NCBI GenBank assembly: GCA_036172245.1
Contig: JAYWIR010000020.1
Coordinates: forward strand, 2,790,001-2,854,000
Reading direction: 5' to 3'
DNA: 64,000 nucleotides
Source: Raillietiella orientalis
Taxonomy: Eukaryota
The notes beneath the pieces are model-generated. The model made no database searches. It had not been told where the DNA came from and saw only the letters and a program-made list of their open reading frames with translations. Of this stretch, positions 1-10,887 are shown piece by piece. The position numbers and the translations under genes were made by a program. Position 1 is the first letter of the stretch. Every line of letters starts with the position of its first letter.

Positions 1-444
1 TTTCGAAAGACAAAGTGGATTTTTTCTCCTTAAGGGCTTGCTCTTTGCGACGTCGGCGGCGTGTACCAAGGTAAGCAGCCAGTAAGGCAAGTAAGAAAAG
101 CAGTAGGATGGCAGAAACAGAAATGATCAAAATTTCTGCAAGGGAAAGAGAGGGACGCATAACGGGCAGAGGATTGTCAGTGGGGGTTACAGTAGTGACG
201 TCTGCTGCTTCGATGTATACGCTCACTATGTTGGATAAGCGACCAACGTTCGTTCCATCGCTGGCTCTCATGGCTACGTAATACGTCCGCTCCGTCGACA
301 TGTCCAAGTCGGAAAGGAAAACATGCAGTTGCTCCTTTGAACCTGCTACGTGGGTATCTGTCACATTCTTAAGCAACCTTGCGTTGGAAAAATGCCACAG
401 CAACGAACGGAAATCGGTAGAGTAACGCAATTCGTATAAAGATG
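1..444 (-). CDS. CLCA: CLCA exon 10 (FnIII end, TM helix, basic cytoplasmic tail; incomplete)
   Basis: Acceptor TTTCTAG; ASLYELRYSTD...YYVAMRASDG...LSNIVSV...ILIISVSAILLLFLLALLAAYLGT followed by RRRRRK; no stop before position 1. Confidence 0.87.
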
Positions 445-3400
445 CTAGAAAGTCGGATAAGTTTCTGGTTGAAAACGCCCAAGGCTTACCAGTCCCCTCG
501 AAGTAATCGTTTCCCGGAGCAGTCCATCTCAGAAGGATGCTTCCTCCGTAAACGTATTCCACTTGCAGATCAGTGACTTTGCCGGGAGGCAGGTAATCCG
601 ATGCAGACGGAATAGAATCGATCACAAACATGGTTCCTATTGCCTCCAAGTTGAAACTTTCAGTATTGGACCACTGAGCAGTCTTTGGAATCCGGCTTCC
701 GCAGCAGAAGACTTGTGCTACCACCGACCCTCGCATCGGAAGAAAAATCGCAAATAAATCATTACCTTCACCCAGACCAACGAGGTAACTGGTCACTTCA
801 GGAACATCCGTGGCATTCACAGTTATCCGATATGCACCAGAAAGTTGCAAACGTTTGGAAAAAATGGTCGAATACACTCCATCTTCCATAACAAGATCGG
901 GGACTGCAGGATAAAATAACAAAAATGCAACCATGTTGTCAATCTTTCACCTCCTTTTCCATCGTCTATAAGGGGAACAGCGATGGGCTGACCATCAGCG
1001 TTCTTTACGTAGGCGACTACATTGGCGCCTTTCACCGGAGCGCCGTTCCACAAAACTTCGGCATAAATCGCTAGCGGGTCACTTGGATTCGTCACATTGT
1101 CCAGTTGATCCCAAGTTGACCAAGTACGCAAAGTTGCTTTGTGCTTCGCTTCAAATTCACGAGCCAACTTGCGTCTCACCTCCACGATAGTTTGCTGTGG
1201 ATACAGGGCCGTGATATCCATTGAATACGTCCAATTTCCAGGTTCAGGACGATTCAAGACGGTGCTTCTCACGCCCTCTTGGTTGCCAAAGTTGGGGATG
1301 TACGGCGCACCGGACGGAGGGATCAGCTTCAGGTTAGTTGGAGCAAAATACGCAGATTGGGAGAAATAAAAATAGACGCTGAATTCTGCAGTGTCTGTTT
1401 CTTGCTCCAAGGAAAAGCTTCCAGATATGGGGGTCACATGCAACTGCTGTTTTGAGGCTGACAGAAAACTCTCAGAATAGATCTGAAGGATGAAAGAAGT
1501 AACTAACGTCAGCACTCGGCTGATTGGTACCTTTGGTCCTGACAGTGGTTCTTCTTGTAACACCAGAAGCAGACTGTCTAAAAGGCGTGCCATGTTGCTG
1601 AGCAATCCTTGCTGCTTAGCGACTTCTTCTCGAATTTCCAGATAAAGGCCACCAGTTGCGGGGGCGAGAAGGCGCAGGTCGTTGTTGATTGCTGACGGGT
1701 ATGCGATTACTGACATCCTAATCCTGTTCTCCTTCAAAGTGTTCTTAATTTCTAGGATGTGCTGAGGTTTCTCGGTTTGCGAAGTCAGGAGTATTATATC
1801 TGCTCCTTCCGTACCCAGTTCGTCGCTCCTCAGCATCTTCATGCGGAGGAAGTGTAAGTGGACCAGCAGGGGGCGGCAGACGGAAGACTTACTTGCAGTG
1901 CTTTCGATACCGCAGCCTGCAGGTCATTCATTTCGGTAGGACGTAGCTCCCGCATGGAAAGTTTCGTGTTCTTTTCGTCAGTCAAAGGTTTGATCACTTC
2001 AACTACATCCCCATAATTGATGACGCCTGATTTCCGGCCCGCAGGGATTTCTTTGATGAATTTTTCTATAGCTCGAGTAGCATATATGTAACGATCCTGA
2101 GAAGTTCCAGAATACACAGATGCATGTTGCATTTATGGTGCTCACCATCGCTCTCATCCGTAAAGAATTGTCCAAGATGATTAGGAATCTTTGGGGTGTT
2201 TCCCTGCAAAAGCTGATGGTGGGATCTGGGCTCAACCTGCAACGAGCTGATTCAACCGGACGGGCATTTTTTTTTCTACAACCCACCCATGCGTTACAGG
2301 TGAATTCGCAAAATCCGGATGACTTCGAATGACATCCCACGTGCTTTTCCAGTCGCAAACGGCATTCTGTCTATTGAGACTTCTAGGATTGTGAGAAGAT
2401 TGGTCACAGAAGCTGCGCACATTCTTCAACTGAGGAAGAGACATCACGGATGAAGTGACATCTTCATTCAATGTCGTATCAACTACGAACTCTGAAAGAG
2501 TCGAATTCCAAAGAACACTAAAACAGAGAAGCTCCAGACACTCTGATGGCATTCATACCTTTGGTTGTATCCTTGCAGGGAACGATCGGAGCAATAGTTG
2601 GGAAGAGGAACTAAATTTTCTCCAGGGAAATACGACGGATAAAGCTCATCGCCAGGATAACCTGACTCGTCGAAAATCCCGTACCGGTATTTCGCCCACT
2701 GTTGAATTAAAACTCTTGCTAAAAAGGGGAAAAAAAAAAAAAAAGAGGAATAGAGAGAGAAAAGGGTTTTAAAAGCGTGTTCTGTTCTAAAATTTACGAA
2801 GGACATCATGAGTTATCAATTCATGAAAAAGTAGCTTCGATGAGAATATTACTAAAGGCAAATTCGAATTATACGTAAGATGGGACAGAGCCGATGCTGT
2901 GACGTTCACGAAGAACTTGTTTTCCTAGAGTGCTGCGGTGGTTTCCCCGTGCAGATTAGAACTCAAGAGACCTTCCGGTGTACCTATCTTCAGATTTAGC
3001 TCCAAAGTGGGCGTAGCTTCGCGTTTATAAAATCGAATCCAAAAAGTGTCCATGTGCACGTATTTCGAGTTAAAACAGGTGATGCACCGCGGCTTGAATC
3101 GAGGTGATGCCGAGAACACGGGTGGAAAGTGCTGGGAATCGAAGAGCGAACCTCACGGCCAAGGAAGTGGCTATGTGGTCCTGGGAAATGAAATGTCCAG
3201 GGGATAAGTAAATATCCCATGTGGTGTCGATGATGGAAAACGCAAGTTCGACTCTTTATGCGCACTGCGACTCTATCTTAGTTCACAATTCTACAAAGAA
3301 CTGTGCTAAGATCGGGACATTTGCGTGTGTTATTACAGACTCGTGGAAACATATGTGAAATCAGCGTGCACTGCAATGTATACATAGAAAGGAACAATTT

Positions 3401-6400
3401 ACGAATAAGTTTATAAAGTAAAGGAAAATGGAAAGTTCCACCAAAATGGGGGGGGGGGGAGGAATTCCCCATCTTTACAATGAATTTGAAATAGTGTGTC
3501 ACCAATGAGGTTTGGAGTTTAAAGATATATTTGTTTAAAGACTACTCCAGTAGTTCCGTTATAGAAATATGTGAGGCGGGGCTCTAAACAAAATACTTCA
3601 AACAACGAGATCGTGTCCGCCAGAGGACAAAAAAAAAAAAAAAGAACTGCCAATTCCGCGTAACAGCAGTTGATAGAAAAACAAAAATCACACATGCAGA
3701 TGCTGCGTGTGATGGAGATGCTCTGCAGTGCTACGCGTGGCATGCATCCTGCTTACACAAGGTGTACGCAGGTGCACTATTTTCATGCAGATGAATTGGG
3801 GCGGTACAACACATCTCGCGAAGCAGCAACGCAAAATTCGTTTCCATTTCGTTTCTCATCGATTTTCTTATCTGAAAGACGTTGGTTATCCAAAGACGTC
3901 AATGTTGAGTTGTTGCGACTCTTTTGCGATTTCTTTTAGCGAAACGCCCACGTCCCTCGGGTCCGATCCTTTCGTTCTTCGTAACGTGTGGTAGCTACTC
4001 TGCAGATTCAGATAATGCTCCGGGAATCACATGTTTCGTTACACATGCGTGTTTCCTACTGCATGAATCAACGCTTATCGTTCTCCGAGATCTCTGTTTA
4101 AAAAAGCTCGTCGGATTCCTCAGCGAGACGAAAATCTTTCAAATCGCCAGCGTTACTTTTAATGCGCCAACTGCAAATCTCGGCAGCTGGCAGATCTTTT
4201 AATAAACCAAGAAAAAGCAATAAAGCAATATTCTATTCGTCTCTCACATATGTTGTTGGGGCTTCAATTGAAATCTACGTGAGAAAGCAAGACCTCTAGG
4301 GTGTTGACCTCGTAATCTGAACATAAGCACTATACTGAAAATCCATACGTACAGCTCAAATAAAAGCAAGATCTTATCAAACGAATTGCCAGCTAATTAA
4401 CTGCATGCGTTAATGTTATCTTGTGAAAAGAATATGTGCATTTTTTTTTTTTTTCCAGTCACGATACCTACCTTGAAACGAGATGTCGCCCATCAGATTC
4501 TTGGGTAGCAAGAAAGAAAATCCCATTTGAATGTACTGCCCCGGATGTCCACATTCCCCACTTTGCTGGGTCCACGGGGAATTGCCCATAGCCGGATGTG
4601 TCGTTGTGATGCGGAAATCCGAAGTGAGATACCGCTCGAAAGCAGCATCCGAAATGGGAATGTAACCACATTCTATCTTTTTCCAGTGCTTGGGTATCAG
4701 TATCTTGAAGGACTTGAAATGAAATCGGTGCTCAGTGATTTCTTGCAGATAACGTGAGGCTTCTGGTAGTATTCGCTGAAAAAGTAATGAACAGTTACGG
4801 ACCACCTTTGGACACCAAAGTCAAGCGGAAACGCATAACAAGACATACATTCAGTAAAGCCCACAAGTTCTGTTTTCGATCTGAGAGTCTTTTCCGAGGT
4901 GACCTCTCCATCCCCCCCCCCCCAAAAAAAAAACATCTTCAAGCAGTTACTTTGTATGCAGAAAGCTTTGCATACAGTAGCCTGGAAGTGAAACCCGTAT
5001 TTCGGTTATTCCTCATCCGAAACACATCATTTTTTTTTTATTTCCGTGCTCTCTCCCCCTCTGAATGCACATTTGATTAAGTTCTTCATAAAGAGTTAAC
5101 ATACATTAAGTTTTATCACTTTCTCTCTCTTTTTTGTTGGCATAAGGGCCTTTTGCATTCACGAATTTTTATTATCAGTTTTGATTTAAAATCTGATTCG
5201 GGGCATTGATCTGTGATGATTTTTTTTTTCCATCGTAAAAGATTGAGGAGCAGTCAGTAGAGTTTGCAAACGGAACACGAGCATCTTCTGCTTTTCTATA
5301 TATATTATTGATTCATTCGGCCGCATTCATCACCGCAACGAGAGCCAAAGACCGGTTTTTGGGCCACTTCTCATCTGCCGAAGGAGGAAGAAGACGCGCG
5401 TCACGCCTGCAGCCACCAGATGCTGGAGTGCTTGGAAAATTGCTCGGACCCGTCGCGTTTCGCCTCATGGCAGATGGAAGGCCATGTTTCCTCCATTTCT
5501 TCTATAGATTTGAAACCATGTGGGCAGAATGCCCGACTAACAGAGTGGACCAATACAGTGGAGAGCGCGTGCCTCCTATGTCACATTCCACGTTGAAAAA
5601 AAAAAAAAAAAAATCGAAATCACGCATTTGTTTTTCGACTATCCACGATCAAAACAAGCGCAACGCAGGTGCCTACCCTTTTTCTGGAATCGCAGTCGTC
5701 CGAGGAGCATCAGAGGAGCATATATATTAGCAAACCTGTTTCATTTAGGAAACTGAACACTTTCCGGGACTCTGATAGATGATTCGTGAGCCGGGTGTGC
5801 AAATCGTCTCTAATTGCACGTAATCATTTATTTTTCGTGATGTCCGTGAACGTCTTTTTGGGGCTAATAGCGGCAATGCCATCACCGCGTTTTGCGCCAT
5901 TTACCGGCGTGGTTATTTGAGCCGAGAAATCGAGATGAGCTCTCATCAGAAATTTTCTGAATGCAGGCACAGGACATCCACCAACCGAGCATTTTATCCA
6001 GACACGTTATTAGGGAACCAGAAACGTGTTCTTGTGCAGTTTGTTATTAAAGGCGCGAAAATCGTAAAGCGGATCTGTGATAGCAGCTGGCGGAAAACAT
6101 TACGGCAGCAAATTTATTATATTTCCCCTTTTCAAAACCAAAGACAAAAACAAACAAAAGCGCCTGCGTTTCCTGGATAATTTGAAGAACAGGGGCGGCT
6201 TTTGCGATGGTGCACAGCCACATGGTGATGACCGGGTTCTAAAAGTACCAACAGACCGTGAGACCACCATTCTCTAACCGGTGGTTGACGCGAGAAGAAT
6301 CCTTCGAAATCGCACGATAAATACGAAAGCAGGAGAAAGAAGGATCAGAATGAAGGAGTCGCCAATATGGACGTGTGGATTTTTTTTTTCCCTTTCGGAA

Positions 6401-9400
6401 TCATGAAAACTGGGAAGGGTTCAGCCCTTCTCACCGTTCGCACCAACATCGCCATTAGCCATTGTGCTTGCTACTTGATCTGTAACAACTGTCATTGATA
6501 CAGCATCCTTAGAAACATTTTAAAAGGCTGCAAAAGGAGTTGTAAGAATGATGAAATCGGGACTTGCTCAGAAACGCATCAACACCCAATTACACAAGAG
6601 TTCATACTTCATGTGTCCGATTCACAAGACCCCCCCAAAGCTGAATTCAGCAGCTCAGGGCAAATTGGCACATGCAACTTTGATATTAGCTAAATTTGAT
6701 TACGTTGAGAGTCTCCTCTTTTTTTTTCTCTCAAAAATATATCTTTGGACGTCCCAAAACGGCGACCTATGCTTACGATTTATAATCAGTCATCACTAAA
6801 ATGGTTCCGGACTTGTGGGTGGAAATGGTGGTGGAAATTTTCATCAGGGCTTTTAGAAGTAATTAACAGTAGACGAGAAGACAGACCTCTAATGTACCTT
6901 TCAAGATATTTCGCAGTCTGTTCCGAGTTTGGGATAGGCCTCACCAAATATTTCAGGCATTTGCAGCGTTAAGAACGAAGTCAGCAAGAAAGCCCATCCG
7001 TTAAAATCTTGGACAATGATTCTCATCAGTACATAACTATGTAACTTGATTTCCCGGAAATCTCGATGATGACGATTTTGTTTCGTTTGATTCTTCCTTA
7101 ATTTTCCTGCAGTGGCTATTATTTATTACATGTCGAGTTGATAATATTCGACGGGAACGATAGAAGCGGCCGTGGAAGTTTTCCTGAATTATAGACAGGA
7201 TAAATTGAAATGAAAAGAATAAATAGCAAATCGATTTCGAGTTCCCACCGTATCTTTCATAACCGAGACTCGATCCTGTTTTCCATTTGGATGAAACGAG
7301 TTTCTTGGATGCTCTTCGCGAGATTCGTGCTTTAGAGTTGTGCATCCACGACCTATTTCCGGTCAAAATGCCTCGCTGCTAAAACGTTTCTTCCATTATA
7401 GATGCAACCAGCGCATTTTCCAGTCATGGTTAATATTTGATGCTCTCACGGAAAACTTTCCTTCCTTCTCTTCACATTAAGAAATGTATGATTCTGCCAC
7501 GTAGCACAAGAGATGTCTCTTGGAACCATCAAGAGTTCGCCTTCTATTGAAACTCCATGCAACATCTGAGCGCTAAACTCCGTCGACAGTCCGCTGAATT
7601 ATTTGATGAAAAGTGCTCAACACTGGAGTCATGCCATCTTATGTAGATGGAATACATAGGGAGATGTTAAAATGGAAGGAGGAGGAGGAAACAGGAAAGA
7701 GGAACCATACCGTCCTCGTTCTGGAGCATTCACAACGATCGCAGACGGCAAAAGTCAACCAGAGCTTCTTGAATGTGCTTTTCTTAAGGAAAGAGTAAAA
7801 TGTAAAAAGACATTTCAGACTGGTTGGCATCCGTTTTCCATTTTACGGAAATTTCATATGAACCTGCTATTCACCTGCAAGAAAAAGGAAAGCTCCCTGA
7901 GAAGAGTGATTTTTTCTCTCTCTCTTTTCCCGGTGAATTCTGCTCGATTCATCAGAGAGGATTCGTCTTGGAAGAGGGAAAGAAAAAAAAAGGCATCACA
8001 CGTTTATCAGGGCATGTAAGTTTATGCTCGCCATATTTTATCGGTCTCATTCATAATTTTCCTATGCGCATTTGACGAAGGTTCATTTTTACAGCCGAAA
8101 AGAGGCCGTAAGTTTCCAGAAGTCAAGTATAGCGGATCGTAAACCACTTTGCTGTCCCCATCCTCGCGGATGGCCACGTCCTGAGGCAGTGTCCGTCCGG
8201 TGATGAGCTTGGATGGTCGCACAACGCACAATTTGGTGCGGGCCAAACTGCCGCGCACGGCAGAGTTCCAATTTTTTACGCATCACGTACATAAATCACC
8301 CGCAGTAGTAAAGCTAGTAGAGCTACCTGCTAATTACAGGTCGCCGGCGGAATGGAGTAACGGCCGGCGATAGAATCGAAATTTCTACTGTGGTCACTTT
8401 AACATGCCGTAAATCAGGGAAGGGTAAACCTAAAAGTCGAATTATTTTTAAGCATAATACAGCGTTGAGGGTGACCTGGGAAATCTTCGCTTTTAATAAC
8501 TTTTCTAAAACAACGATCTCTTTCCCTTTCTTTCTTTTGCCTTTTCTTTCTTTCTTTCTTTCTTTCTTTTTTAAGAAAAAAGGACCTTAAATCTTTGTTC
8601 TCAACTTGAATCAGCGTCACTTCCAGGCCCATATGCTCAAGGAATATTTCTAGAGTGAACAGTGAAAGATTCCATGTTGCCAGATATAAGCGCCTAGCCA
8701 CGTTGACAGTGGGCATTACTATTTATTTTTATTTATTTATTTTTACTTTCGGAAAAAAAAATCTATGATTTAAAAAAAAAAAAAAAAAGGCGTACTCGGT
8801 AAACACGAAACTACAGAAAAAGCAAATTCACTTTGCTGAACAGTTTTTGCAGATTTCCTGAAGTTGCTCTTGAAGCAAAGGATAGAGAAAAACTTTTCCA
8901 ATCACTTTGGTCCATCTGACGCAGACTTTTCGACTTTTCTTTTGCAAGGAGCAACGTACAGGGTGTATCGGTCGATTTACAGAGGACAGAAGCACGTAAA
9001 CATTCTTCTCACACAGCATTGTGATCCCGATTTCTCTAAAGAGATTTCTCGAAAAACGAAAAAGAAAAACCCCACTGTATTAATCAGAATCAGAATGTTT
9101 CTTAGAAAGCCGTGTCCAATCAAGTAACTTTCAGGGGTACCACACTAATGATGTCAGTCGTATATACCTGAGTGCCCTGGCGCATGGCAAATAGGCAACC
9201 TAATATCCAATCCATGAATTCATATTTGAACATTCGTATCGATTTATAGATACATTTCGTTCACCATCATTCTTTTGAATCGTCATTTTCAGAACCTAGT
9301 AATAATAAATAAACCTAATGCTTGATTAATAAGCAACACTGAGTTTTGGTAAAAGTTCGTCTAATGCGGCTATGAATTCCGATCGATAAATTCATCGAAG

Positions 9401-10887
9401 CATAACAAATTAGAGATGAAAATATGAAATGATAAATGAATATTATTGATGACGGAAACCAAACACACATATTAATGGCATTTGTCTACACATCTTTGGG
9501 AAAAACGGATTTTTTTTCTTATTATTCCTCAAAATAATAAATGAACTGGAAAACCTGGTTTGTTTGTTTGTTTGTGTGTGTGTGTCTACATTTTCAGTGG
9601 AACAACACACAGGGTATTTCGAGTTGTGAACAGACACTCTTCCTGTCACGGAAAGGCAAAACCAGAAAGCTGCCGAGCCTGCGACTGCCTCTCAGCGGTC
9701 CAAAGGCAAAAATCTCCCTGTCGAGACTGACAGTAAAACGCAAAAGAAAGAGAATCTTCGAGACGGAACGGGAAACCATTGCTGCAGCTTCCTGGCGAAG
9801 ACGTAAACCAGTTAGCAGCGGGGAAGAGTGATTCGTTTCCTCCTACGGCGGAAGGACCTATAACTTCCGCCAAAGGTACCTACGCAAAGGTAGACGCTGG
9901 ATCCATCGATCAACAGAAAATTACGGAGCTTCGGGATGAATCACCATCACACAGGATATCGGTCCAGAATACAGAATCCTCTCTTCTTCACTGCGGATAC
10001 TTTCCGATTCCGGACGGGTGGGTAGTGGACCATGAGTTATCAATAGCGAATCTATGAAGGATCTCCTGTCAATTAGCGACGGATTCCCAATCCGGAAATA
10101 AAAATCCCAAATATAGAAACTAACGATGCGTAAAAAAAAAAAAAAAAAAAACAAAACAAAAAAAGGTTGGAACTGAACCGAGGGAATCATCGCTGTCCTT
10201 TCGAGAGCACCTTTGGGGCATTTCGACCAGCATTCGGAAGTGCACATCGCAAATCCTAACGTTTCTAGGTCAAGATCAGGAGCCGAAATCGCCCCGCCGC
10301 GTAAAAAGTAGCCCTTGTGGCCACTGCTGCACAGTTCATCCGCTTCCCCCCCCCCCAAAAAAAAAAAAAACCGACCGCATTCAACTCTCCACGGAATTCT
10401 ACAAGGATGAGAGGGAAAGCACTCTTGCGGGAGAACGAACCCGGTCCATCCTCAACGCTGCGTCGCTTGGAAACGGCTCATCTCACTCTGACTGCATCAC
10501 CTGGGTGTACGGGCGCTGGATCCGTCGTCACCTCGTTCCGTGCCACAGAAGCCACAGAATCGAAGAGTGGAAGCGTTCAGTAGACGTACGACGTTCGTCT
10601 TCTACGAATTTTGCGCAAACGGGCGAATAGCCATTCGATAGAGACCAACGAACGTCATGGGGGAAACGGAGAAAGTTTTTTTTTTTTTTTGGCATGCAAA
10701 TTCTATCGTTTCTCTTAGAGCCGAGACTTACTTTGAGTCCATCGATGACCTCGCTGCAAAACTGAGAAGGAACGTTGTCGTCAATGGCGACCACAATGTC
10801 TTCGTAGCCACCATCACTGAGTCGAACATACGTTGGTGTCACAAGAGGGATTAGGAAAAGGATCAGGGCAATATTTGATTTTCGCAT
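1..10887 (-). CDS. CLCA: CLCA-family (calcium-activated chloride channel regulator-like) gene, multi-exon, 3' end beyond the window edge. Domain order: signal peptide, CLCA_N, Cys-rich, VWA, beta-rich/FnIII, TM helix.
   Basis: Spliced translation join(complement 10887-10732, 4775-4472, 2718-2559, 2517-2287, 2236-2146, 2096-1893, 1836-1531, 1482-951, 903-490, 444-<1) is phase-consistent with GT-AG introns. CLCA hallmarks appear in order: GYEDIVVAID, PWTQQSGECGHPGQYI, WAKYRYGIFDE, FCDQSSHN..QNAVCDWKSTWDVI, LIILDNS, IYAEVLWNGAPVKGANV, DDGKG.PD...DGVYS, PPGKVTDL, LRWTAPGNDY, YYVAMRA...LSNIV. Confidence 0.95.
490..903 (-). CDS. CLCA: CLCA exon 9 (may contain a further in-frame 48-nt intron at 765-718)
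   Basis: Absent from the ORF track because the frame stays open to the window edge. Translates as PDLVMEDGVYSTIF...GAYRITV...FCCGS...DYLPPGKVTDLQV...LRWTAPGNDYFEGT; donor GTAAG at 489. Confidence 0.85.
951..1482 (-). CDS. CLCA: CLCA exon 8 (beta-rich region)
   Basis: IYSESF...PEPGNWTY...PLAIYAEVLWNGAPVKGANVVAYV...LIDDGKG; donor GTGAAA at 950, phase 1. Confidence 0.88.
1531..1836 (-). CDS. CLCA: CLCA exon 7 (VWA)
   Basis: MLRSDELGTEGADIILLTS...MSVIAYP...LAPATGG; followed by an in-frame 48-nt GT..TTTCATCCTTCAG intron (1530-1483). Confidence 0.8.
1893..2096 (-). CDS. CLCA: CLCA exon 6 (VWA)
   Basis: DRYIYATRAIEKFIKEIPAGRKSGVINY...AAVSKALQ; acceptor TCTCAG; donor GTAAGT at 1892; 68 codons. Confidence 0.88.
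2146..2236 (-). CDS. CLCA: CLCA exon 5 (start of VWA domain)
   Basis: LSPDPTISFCRETPQRFLIILDNSLRMRAM; acceptor TTGCAG; donor GTGAG at 2145. Confidence 0.85.
2287..2517 (-). CDS. CLCA: CLCA exon 4 (Cys-rich region)
   Basis: VTSSVMSLPQLKNVRSFCDQSSHNPRSLNRQNAVCDWKSTWDVIRSHPDF. The acceptor at 2518-2519 gives a phase-compatible 41-nt intron (boundary less certain). Donor GTGGGT at 2286. Confidence 0.8.
2559..2718 (-). CDS. CLCA: CLCA exon 3 (zinc-motif region, degenerate)
   Basis: Long polypyrimidine tract plus AG; ARVLIQQWAKYRYGIFDESGYPGD...; donor GTATGA at 2558. Confidence 0.9.
4472..4775 (-). CDS. CLCA: CLCA exon 2 (CLCA_N domain)
   Basis: Acceptor TTTTTCAG; RILPEASRYLQEITEHRFHFKSFKILIPKHW...PWTQQSGECGHPGQYI; donor GTAGG at 4471, phase 1. 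Confidence 0.92.
10732..10887 (-). CDS. CLCA: CLCA exon 1 (signal peptide and N-terminus)
   Basis: MRKSNIALILFLIPLVTPTYVRLSDGGYEDIVVAIDDNVP...DGLK; 52 codons; donor GTAAGT at 10731, phase 0. Confidence 0.9.
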
